Assembly: GCF_003918875.1 (NCBI RefSeq)
Contig: NW_025765869.1
Span: 868,001 to 932,000 of the forward strand
Origin: Haliotis rubra
Taxonomy: Eukaryota
Direction of reading: 5' to 3'
DNA length: 64,000 nt
This document shows, piece after piece, positions 49,001 through 61,000 of the stretch. Position numbers and translations under genes: made by a program. Each line of letters begins with the position of its first letter. Within the stretch, counting starts at the first letter, position 1. The notes below the pieces were generated by a model. It did no database searches, was not told the origin of the DNA, and saw only the letters and a program-made list of their open reading frames with translations.

Positions 49001-52000
49001 TTCGTTAATAGAATCTTTAATCACAAGAAAAGGCTGTGTTTCTGATCGACAAAAAACTCACAACTATGTTTCATAAACATTACATAAAAATAATACCAGT
49101 TGGATTGCTTTAATGTCAATTAACTCATTTATGACTATTATCCTTCCCTCAACTAATAATAAACATTCTAGAAATGACACATTTTTGTAAAACAGCAAAT
49201 TTTGCTAGAAATTGATGAAGCACACAACGAAATTTTCTACTTCATTGATTGAAAAAAATGCATACGTTTCAAGGTTGTGTTGGGAACCAGTTCTTCAGAG
49301 GCACCTAGAAAATGTTGTCAGTTTTTGAGATAACTCTCATAATTTCAAAATAACACAAGCTCTAAAGTCTGATGAAAAAGCCAAATGGAGATGCAAGTTT
49401 GACAGCAGGAAAAAGTCGTCGCATTGCTTTGTTATTGTCAAAAATGTTTTAACGTATTGTACCAAGCCTAATTCAGTTTCATAAGTCACATGTACAACAA
49501 TTATTATTACCGAGTCCAATCTTGTATAATTTGATGATATTTCAGGCACCAACAGGTTTGACAGAAGATCCAACTTTGTGAGTCTAGTTTCGAAGCCAAA
49601 TATAAAGTACTGATCAAGCTTAATGCTCATAGTAATACCTGAGGAATTAAGAAGATGGATTGGAGTCGGACTGAATCAGATTCTGATAATATCAATCCAA
49701 CAAAGTATTTTTCTTTGATGCTAGTCTGTTTAACGGCTTTAATGTTGATGTGACATTAAATATTAACTGGCTCTTTCACAAAAAGAAATTTGAGTCACAA
49801 ATTACAGATTTTGAAAAAATGAAAATCATAAATGGTTGCCTTATGAATATAAATAGTTACTTTTCCTCAAGATGAGGCATGCATTCAGGGCAGAAAACAA
49901 AACTCATGTCACAATGTCAAAGGTCAAATGTCATGAGAGGTCAAGTGTCACATGAGGTCAAGAGTCAAGACAGTTGTTCACATGTCATGAGGCATGTTGA
50001 GTTCAGCCACCAACCTGGTCGACTTCCCACGGTAAGACCCAGGATGTTGGGAGATGTGGCATCATAATTGAGAACCCTCCACGCAAATGCCATATCAGAG
50101 GAGATAACGTCTTTCAGTGCTCTCTTCAGCATGCTGTATAGAGACTCATTAAACACCTGAAATAGGAAACAATCATACAATCAGAGCTAATCATAGTGCT
50201 ATACTGACCCAATTGCCATAAACATTTCAACTTGAGTTTGTTGGTTGGTTAGTTGTTTTACTCCACACTAAGCAGTATTGCAGCTATATGGCATCCTCGA
50301 TAATCTCCAGGGCATACGTTACTCTAACTCTCCACTATACCCTGGTTGCATCCACGGCTTGGGGCGATGATTTTATTACCTCCCTTGGCTGGCTTTTTGT
50401 CCAATCAGGTGCCTACGCTGGAAATTGAGCGAACCAATCACAACTCACTTTCGCTACTCAAATTATCGAACCGTTTAAACTTGGCAACACAATTGATGCA
50501 GAGGTACTCTGAAAGAAGTAGAAGGAGTTCTTTCATATAGTTTTTAAAGTTTCACATCTGAGAATTTGTCTTTATTATTTCCCCAAAAATCTGTGTGGCA
50601 CTGCGAACAAACTTTCGCGACTGCGACTGCTATCTTTGTTGACACTGGCAACCTCAGCTGTAACGGCGGCTTAGCTGATTGGCTACTGTGAGAATGCGGA
50701 GCCAGCCAAGGGAGGTAATAAACTCATCGCCCCAAGCCGTGGATGCATCCAGGGTATAGTGGAGAGTGATCGTAACGTATACCCTGGAGATTATCGAGGA
50801 TGCTATATGGCAGTGGTCTGTAATACTTGAGTCTGGACCAGATAATCCAGAGATCAACAGCATGAGCATGGACCTCACGCAACTGGGATACGATGACATA
50901 TTTCAGCCATGACAGCGAGCCTGACCACCTGATCTCGGTAGTCGCCTTTTACGACAATCATGGGTTGCTGAACACCAATTCTAGCCCGAATCTTCAAGGG
51001 TACTAGAATATGTAATTAATGTGTAACAATTCCTACCAGGGCATGGACAAAGGTTAAGTTAATTACAACAATTCTGACTGAGTATTGTCACTTTTGGTTT
51101 CATGCTGTTTGGCAAGTTAGTTCCAATTGCACCAATGAGGCACAAGGCATTATGATGTCACATGAAATCATTGTAGCAAATAACTGAAGATTATGTTGTC
51201 CGTTGTACATGTTTCATAATGATCTTATTGTACTATCAATAAGCCATTGGAGCTGCCTTACCTGGACATCAGGAAATGCACAATTTCCATAGTTCCTATG
51301 AAAAATATCTAAGATAAGAATAACCTGTTCGCAACACAGATTTAAGAAATACTTGAAGCTCATGAATTAATGTATTATTTTGGCATGAGTAAGAAGTCAG
51401 TGCCTCATGAAGCAAAATTCCACAAGAGACATGGTGTCTCAAGAAGAATAAAATTCTGCAAGAAGAATATTGCGTCAGGAAGTTTAATGCCTCAAGAAGC
51501 ATATTGACTCAGGAAGTGTAATTCCTCAAGAAGAAAAGTGCCTCTGGAAGTATAATTCTTCAAGAACACCTACCTGGAAGTGGCGAGTCTTTGACAGGAG
51601 CTTGTCGTTGCGGTACGGACAGTGACTGCTGACAAGCTCCTCCCATGCCTGTCGGAACATCTCCGTGTCACCCAGGTTGTTGATGCATTTGCCAAGATTT
51701 GTGATTACTTGTACTGCGTTGTCACGGAAACGACAACTTTCCTGAAATGTTTTTTGTCAAATACATGAGTTTAAGAATTTGCCAAATGAAATGGCAGAGA
51801 AACTGCATGATTTCTATGAATTTAAAGAAAAATTATTACCTAGAAATAATTATATGCTTTATGACTCTTACTGGTAGTAAAACAGATAAGGAAAGATGCC
51901 AAAACAAAATATGACATTAGCTCCTTTCACCTTTAGCTTCAATGACTTGATAGGTTAACGAGGTTAAAAGAATTAAAGCAGGTGAAACAAAGGATGAAGA

Positions 52001-55000
52001 TTTTGAAAAGTATTTCTTCAGTTCATGATTAAAATTAACGACAAATATTTAACAATGTCATGCCACATGGATTACAAAAAGACTGTGTCTGTTTGCTTAC
52101 GTTGGTGAGCTGTGACATCACTGTCTCCTCGTCTCCAAACACAAACTGTGTGGCGGAACATAAGTGGACATGGTAGCCTAGTGGTCCGGTCATCATAAAG
52201 CGTAGAACGTGACGCCTGAGAAACAGAAACAACAAGTTACACACACGTTCATGCCTCACACACTCACACACACATTTCTGGGAAACAGAAACAAGTTACA
52301 CACACATACATGCCTCACACACTCACACACACATTTCTGGGAAACAGAAACAAGTTACACACACATACATGCCTCACACACACATTTCTGGGAAACAGAA
52401 ACAAGTTACACACACATACATGCCTCACACACTCACACACATTTCTGGGAAAGAGAAACAAGTTACACACACATACATGCCTCACACACTCACACACTCA
52501 CACACACATTTCTGGGAAACAGAAACAAGTTACACACACATACATGCCTCACACACTGCACACACATTTCTGGGAAACAGAAACAAGTTACACACACATA
52601 CATGCCTCACACACTCACACACATTTCTGGGAAAGAGAAACAAGTTACACACACATACATGCCTCACACACTCATACACACATTTCTGGGAAACAGAAAC
52701 AAGTTACACACACATACATGCCTCACACTCATACACACATTTCTGGGAAACAGAAACAAGTTATACACACATGCATGCCTCACACTCACACACACATTTC
52801 TGGGAAACAGAAACAAGTTACACACACGTTCATGCCTCACACACTCACACACACATTTCTGGGAAACAGAAACAAGTTACACACACATACATGCCTCACA
52901 CACTCACACACACATTTCAAGATGTATCGGTACCCATTTCCACAATCTTGTGATGGTCAAGGTCTGGTTACCAAGTGGCCATAGCTATAGGACTACCACA
53001 AGCATGCATGTGATAGTATGTGTAACATACAGAAGTCACCACAATACTGGTGATGTGATTTCTTTGTGAACTGGGGCCAGTTACAATGTACAATGTGACA
53101 CAGATCAGTGACAGAATGAGCATCAATTCGTGGTGACAGTGTTACGTAATAGCATGACCTGATCCTAATTTTAGTCAGCTCCTACAAAACGTAGGCAGTC
53201 CTTGGGACTATTCCAACCAATAATCCCAAAAGGAATGGCGTTAAATGGAAGTCTCAGTGTTTGATGCTGATGAAGCATAAGTGGTCCATAGCATACTGAA
53301 AGATCTACCAGACAGTTGATTCTTTTAGTGGTTTTCACAAGAAAGAGTTTAAATGGTATTACTTTACAAACTCAGCCTTTATGCAATGGCAGAAATAGAA
53401 GACAAGGAAATGCTGGTGTATTTGTCTGCAACAGAGCAACTTTTTACCTTTTTGCAGAGTGTGTGAGTTTAATGAATATGATAAGTTTGAAAGTTTAGAG
53501 TCAATCTGCCACTGTTTTCAAAAGCCACACTACCTTAAATCACAATATTTGTCACCAAAATACTACTGGACCACCATTTCATCTTATTCCATTTTATTTG
53601 TCCTTAAGGACATACAACAGACCAGGGTTATAACCAGAGTCAAACACCAATGGAATACCAAACCCAGCTAATGCTGGCGAGACCAACACAACATATGTCC
53701 CAGTATTGACAGACAAAACTGGACAAATGACCAGTTCCTGACCACACTTGTTACTGACCCAGCTGGAAGACTCAGCACTGCTGCTCGGCTGGCAGTCGTC
53801 CGGAGTCTCAGAATCGGTTGCCCAGTAACCAGACTCTTCCAGGAATATGGTTCTGCGACCAGGGTACCAGGATGAACTGGAACTGGTGAGGATGGCTTCT
53901 CCGGACTGATTGACCCTACAGAATGTCCATGAAATATTCATTATGATCAATACATCAGAAAGGTTTGTCTTGTCAATTTTGACAATTTCAAGAATTGATA
54001 TATTATTCTCATGAATTTTTTCTTTACATCAAAACCGTTTCATTTGGACAATGATAACAGAATTAATGAATCCTGCTTTGAGAGTTATATTGGTACAAAT
54101 ACTTTGACCAAGTATGAACATGACATCAACATGACATAGACATGAGAAGTGTGTGTATCTACCATGATGCAGCATGATATTGACATGAAAAGTGTGTGTA
54201 TCTACCATGAAGCAACATGATATTGACATGAGAAGTGTGTGTATCTACCATGAAGCAACATGATATTGACATGAGAAGTGTGTGTATCTACCATGAAGCA
54301 ACATGATATTGACATGAGAAGTGTGTGTATCTTCCATGAAGCAGCATGACATTGACATGATATAGACGTGATTTCTGTGTGTATATACCATTAAGAAACA
54401 TATGATACTGTGATACATGAGAAGTGTGTGTATATTTACCATCAAGTATGCTACTGCTGGTGAGACCCGTGGGCTCTTTCTCCATGTCCCGGTCTTTCCC
54501 TCCCTTCACGCTAGTGTGGGACTTCTTTTCATCCATGGGGGGTAGTGGGGGATCAAACCACCGGGGCAGGGCCGAGAATGACACCACTATATCTGTGGCC
54601 TCCAAATTGTCAACAACTTCACAAAGTTAAGGACACATTAGTGATCTCAGGAAGTAAATCCAGCAGTAAAACATACAAAATCAATTTCAGAAAGTAAAAC
54701 CACTCAATTAAACAAACAGCTATAAGACTGTTTCCTGCCTGAAAAAACATCAACAGAAAGCAGTTTTCATTATCTTATTATGAAACAAAAATCACCTTTG
54801 ACCCCTTGACACTGGTAAATATGACTGCCTTTAAACTTGACTAGACATAATCGTCTGTCTACAAGCCAATTTTCACTTAAATCAATTATTCCAGTTCAAT
54901 AACCAATCTTAGCCAGTATCACTTGACTACATAATATCAAATGACTCCATTTCAGAATAGTTTGACAGATTCATTTCTTCACTTATCGGAAAAACAATTA

Positions 55001-58000
55001 AGATTATGAATTTCATACCACTTGCAATAATAAGGCCAGTCACTTTACTGGACATTTTCCTAAAGCCAGGTTGGAGGGGAAGGTAAAGATTTCAGATAAT
55101 TTAACAAGAGTTAAACAAACGATTGATAACTCAGTAAGCCAATTCCTCTTCCATCAGATATCGTCAGCTAAATATCTATTTCATAAAAACAGAAAACGAC
55201 AGCAATTTATGGAAGGATACACAAGTAGTGAGGTGACCGGTCATCAGGGCTGGATGTCTGAAACACAGCATGAAGAAATAAACGCATGTCAATAGCCCAT
55301 GTACATTTCAGCTTGTACATATCTGTCAGTCACTACTCTACATCACACAGTGAAATAGACATGATTACATGTTGGAAGTCAGATTGGCAATTACTTTGTT
55401 AAAAATCAGTAAGGAATTAATATTTTATAATATCTAAAAGTAACAGAATGATGATTACAATTATTAATTTATTGATATGAGAGTTATAACACATCTACTT
55501 CTGTAGGTATTATTAACATGAGTGTCAATATATCCTTCAATGAAAATCTACAATCAGCCAACACAAATCTAGAAATATCAGTATCTATTTTACAAATATT
55601 CTGTTTGTAACAAAGCAGTTATTTGTATCTATGGATCTAACTAGTGGAGGATCTATCATCCATGTGTTAAAGATACACAAATGAGAACATAATGGAAAGT
55701 TTGTCCTGCCAAACCAATTGTCTCTTGTGTAGAGGATGTGTGTGCCCTAAAATTTATCAAATGTTAAATACAAAAATTTACCTGCTTCACTTTATTAAAA
55801 GGTGCTGAGGTTGGCATGTTTTACATCTTTTATTATGGCAGATGTTATTTTCAAGTACAACTTCAAACCATCCCTGTATCAAATATACTACACAACATTT
55901 GATAAGGATATATATGTATACAGTAACTATGGTTATAATGAACATGGAGGGACCGCTGATGTTAGTTTGTAATAAATGTAGGTCATTATCCTCATTGGGA
56001 CTAAAATATACTAGACATCAGGAAGAAAATAACAGTTTGTCATATCCATCAGTTTGTTATCAGCGTGTTCATTATAAACACAGTCGACTGAATTTCATAT
56101 TGTGATGTAAAGTAACACCAACAACTTACATATTTATTGAACTGTGAATTTATGTTGCGAGGACTTCAGATGAAACTGCACGTGTTGAACACTATTTGTG
56201 TTCAGGTCCCACATGGAGAGAGAGAGTGAGTGAGTTTGGTTTTACGTCACTTCTAGCAATATTCCAGCATTATCAAGGTGGGGACACCAGAAATGGACTC
56301 CAGATATTGTACCCATGTGGGGAATCGAACCTGGGTCTTCAGTGTGACAAGCAGATGCTTCAACCACTAGACTAACCCAATGCCCTGCCCCACATGGATA
56401 TTCCCATCCCTATCAAAAGTTGAGTAGTATAAATAAATGTTTCTTGGCATATATCACAATAAATCCTCCACAAGACAACACCTTGGTTTGGCCTTACTAC
56501 TTGTAATTTATAACAAAACCAAAACCATTAAGAAAGAGAAATATAAATTATTCACGTTAGTTAAAAAATCACTCATTGTAACTACAACATCAAGATATTA
56601 AAAACAGTGAATGACAGCTTGGTTAAAACTACTTAGTTGGGTCAAGGTATTAACAATTAATAAATTTTGAACTAAAGATTTCTAACTGAGGAGAACTGAT
56701 TAGAACCGAGAAAGGAAGACATAAATTAGAATTATAGGGGGAAAATCCACCAAATCTTGAGTAAAATCTTACCACAACACCAAAAGCACCTAATGTGTCA
56801 CTGCAGGTATTGCTTGCATAATTACAATGCTATTAATCATACGTCCTTATAATAATCAACAAATATTTTCAAATCCAAGAAAACTAGCATTCCAAACTTT
56901 CCCTCGATTTCAAAATAAGGTAGGTTCAGAATGTTTTGTCTAAAATATAAGTCTGTGAATTTATTTTCATTTGGTAAAATTATTTGATTGATTAAACTCC
57001 AACCAACCAACTCCATATTAGTGCAAATGCATAAAACAGCTGTAACGGCAAACCATCAAATTGCAAGTTAATAAATCTACAAAATTGCCATAAAACATGC
57101 GACATGGCAAAATTTTCACCATCAAATCATAAATTTCACACAAATTTTCAAATCTTCAAAAACACAAGGCAACAGAGCTCCCTACGCCAGTTCATGCAAA
57201 TGACGTGAAATCAACAATGTCTATTTACATGCATATTTCATCTTGTTTATTTCATTTCATTATCTGAAATGCTTGACTCGGATGTTATGTACAAGTTATC
57301 TGGTATGTTGAAAGAACTTATGTGTTTTATAAAAGACATTGAACACTGCCAGTATTTAAACTATTTCGGAAGTCAAGATGAAATATGCTTGTGTATTTAA
57401 TGATGGCAGCAATATACTCCAAACAAATCTTTAAAGTCTGAATTGGATTTCTTTTCTTTTGGCTATTCAAAATTAAAAAGAAAAACAGTGCACAAAAACA
57501 TCAATCATTATCTTTTGTCAGAAGTATATTGTGCTAACAGAACTGTATTGTAATTTTTACAAGTACCAAGTAAAATTTTTGTTGTTGATTTGGTACCAAA
57601 AATGGTTACAAGTATTGCCATAATTTTCAACATATTTTCAGAGACAGCAATCTGCTTTTACAAAATGTTTTAAACATGTCAAAACTCAAAAATGATTTTT
57701 GTTTTTGTTTGTCAAACAACTCTTCAATACAATCCTGTTCACCGAAAACACAAAAATTTGATAAGCATCCACTATCAGGGCAAGCAAAATAAACAGCAAT
57801 TCCCGAATATGGATATGTTATCAAACTGGTAACAACACCCACAGCACAAGTGTCTGGCACATGCAAGTAGAGCTCTGTCGCCTGGCTGTAGATAAAAGCC
57901 TGCAGTGAACTGGTATACTCACTCCCTGAGCATTAGTGGGGGAGGGTGCATTTTGGGTGTGGGTGGGAGTTTGAGAGGTCTTGGAGGCGGAGGGATTTAC

Positions 58001-61000
58001 CCCGGCGGCAGCAGGGGCAGGTTTCTTGTCGGCTTTGCCCCCAGTAGTTGGAGCACCCTGGGGAGACACATTCTGAAATAGGAGTATCACAATTAGCAGG
58101 AATCTATGATTATTGTGATAATAAAAATTAATCAAGATATCTTGGGATGATCCATATGCTTATCAAACTGATGAAATAAATGGCTGAAACCTCTGTAGTG
58201 TTGAAAGTCTGGGAGTTTCTTGTCCCAAACACTTTCATAATACATTTCTTTCATTAGTGTTGAAAGTATGGGAGTTTCTTGTCCCAAACACTTTCATAAT
58301 ACATTTCTTTCATTAGTGTTGAAAGTCTGGGAGTTTCTTGTCCCAAACACTTTCATAATACATTTCTTTCATTAGTGTTGAAAGTCTGGGAGTTTCTTGT
58401 CCCAAACACTTTCATAATACATTTCTTTCATTAGTGTTGAAAGTATGGGAGTTTCTTGTCCCAAACACTTTCATAATACATTTCTTTCATTAGTGTTGAA
58501 AGACTGGGAGTTTCTTGTCAATCAAGTCATGGAGTGTGACCACCTAATCTGTTACATCACGCAACTATCACAGGTTGTTAGAGACCAATTCAAACTAGGT
58601 AACCCCATGAAGTAAAAACAAAATACTTTACAACAAATCAGTTTCTAGAATTCTTCAAATTGTCAACACAAAGACCCAGACTTATCTGAAGCATAATGTA
58701 CATTCATTCTGCAATCTTAGAGAACCCTACTTGTCATACCCAATATTGCAATGATATCTTTCAAATTCTGACAAGAATAAACATGTAATTTTTAGATTAA
58801 AATTGATATTTTATACTTATCCTGACTCATGCTTAATTGCTTGTCTACAACGACTGCAAGATTTCATCAAAAATCACCATGATGAAAACACATGTCAACA
58901 ACGTGAACAAATACAGATAATTTTGATCAAATTTCAAACCATATTGTTGGTATATCATTATCAATCCCAGAACCTTATACAGCTAATTTAGTAGCAAGGC
59001 CTAAAAGTTTAAAGGATATAACACCGTATAGGGGACTCAGGCGCTCTCACAACCATCCTCAAAGGCGAAGAAGGAGAGAGTGAGGGGCATGTCCAAACAC
59101 GTGACGTGGTTTCCCACCTAAAGAGGCACAAGGGAGATAACACTGGGTGAGTGATTTTACGTCCGCTTTTTTTAAGGGAGCTTCAAAAGGGGATTCAAGT
59201 GTTCCACTATCATTCACAAGAAGAAAGAGACAAGCAATTAAGCATGAGTCAGGATAAGGACAAATATAAAATTATGGAATAAAAGACATGAGTATAACCT
59301 AACAACATTTACTGTCAAGTCCAAGAGACCCATGCAACAGCAAGTGTAGTATACAGCATAATAATCTTACAATAGATAAGTTAATAAAAGTTCTGGCACA
59401 AGTGTTCGTTACCTTGGGAATTATCACAAGTCTTTGAGATGATATTTGCCGAGCCTTAGGTTGATATTTCCCAAATCAAACAACACTTGTGAAGATTTCT
59501 ATTTACCATTCTCATATTACTCTTTTCTTTTTATGAAATAAATGCATTCATATTAACATAAAAAAATTGTCCAAATGTCATGTACTAAAAAACAACCTAT
59601 TAACTCCTTTTTGGCATATTCATTCAGTGAGAAAACATATCCTCAGATCATTTAATAAAATACTTGACATTTGCACAATAGCTGAAACATCAATAACGGC
59701 AACAACAACATTGATTCTGTGTCATTTGATCATATCTCTGGTGTAATTTCACTGGTGAAAAAAGTCCCACTTCCCATTATCAAATTTTCACATCTAATTT
59801 GCATACTTATGTCATTGGGGTATGAAGTATCTGGTACACGTTCTTATGTCACATGCTTGTGTCGTGGATAAAAGCTTAAGTTAAATAAAAATACAACATA
59901 CCACACTACAGTGTAAAAGAGTAACACCATGCATAATTTTTCGCTTTTCATATCTATAACATATATACTGAGAGAAACAAATAAAGGATTACAGGAAAAT
60001 TCAAGCGTTCCTTTATTATTTTCCAGTTTTTATCAACACAGCGCTATTCAAAGCTGGTGATTAAAACAGGAAAATACTAAAGGAACGCGTGAATGTTCCT
60101 GTGATTCTTTTATTTGTTTCTCTCAGTATATAATAATCCTACCAATGTAGCATGCAGTAGGAAAATATACATGTGCTTCACACAGACAAAATATATTCAC
60201 ACATTATTTATCAGATACCTAAAGGGGTCCACATTCCTTATTTTAATATAATAAATACAAGTGTGAAACAAAACATGCCCTGTGTTTATGAATGATCATT
60301 AATGATTGGGTTGATACACATTACATCATATGAGCTAGAGGACACAGTGGTTGTAATGACAGTGTTAGGTTGAACTTGCTGAGACAGCCAACTGAGCTAA
60401 AATTAACCTTGGTACTGCTTTGAGGGGGGCAGTGGGGAATCAAAACAGTGGCATGAGAAATCTTTGACCACAAGGTGCCCAAACCTCAGCCTTCTCCCAC
60501 CTTGCATTTTATGTGAGTGAGTGAACTGAACCACTTCGGAGAGGTACCCGTGAAGATCCATGTTAGAGTTGGTCTTCAGTAACCCATGTTTGTCGCAAGA
60601 GGCGACTAATGGGATTGGGTGGTCAGGCTCGCTGACTTGGTTGACACGTGTTAATGTATACCAGTTGTGTAGATTGATGCTCATGCTGTTGATCACTGGA
60701 CTGTCTGGTCCAGACTGGATTATTTACAGACCACCGCCATATAGCTGGAATATTGCTGAGTGTGGCGTTAAACAACAAACCAACCAGCCACTTCGCACAG
60801 TGTTCCAGTTATGTCACTTCCAGTGACCTTCATGTAGGGGGACACAACTCTGAAGAACCCTGGACAACTGGGTCACCCCAATGCCCCACCTCATTAAGGT
60901 TAAACTACATCAAACCAGCACTTCTTGTTGGGGGCCTTCAGGGCAGATAGAATAAATTGGCAGCTGTGATTGGATGATTTTGTGTAGTTCTGTAATTTTT

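Noticed and set aside
52209-53069. Long His/Thr-rich ORFs (286, 224 and 194 aa)
   Set aside because: Translations of the CA-rich minisatellite, antisense to an ADGB intron
53594-53950. ORF-track translation RVNQSGEAILT...
   Set aside because: Wrong frame; the ADGB exon is read in another frame
58196-58519. CRISPR-like appearance of palindromic repeats
   Set aside because: Units are contiguous with no unique spacers, there are no cas genes, and the context is eukaryotic
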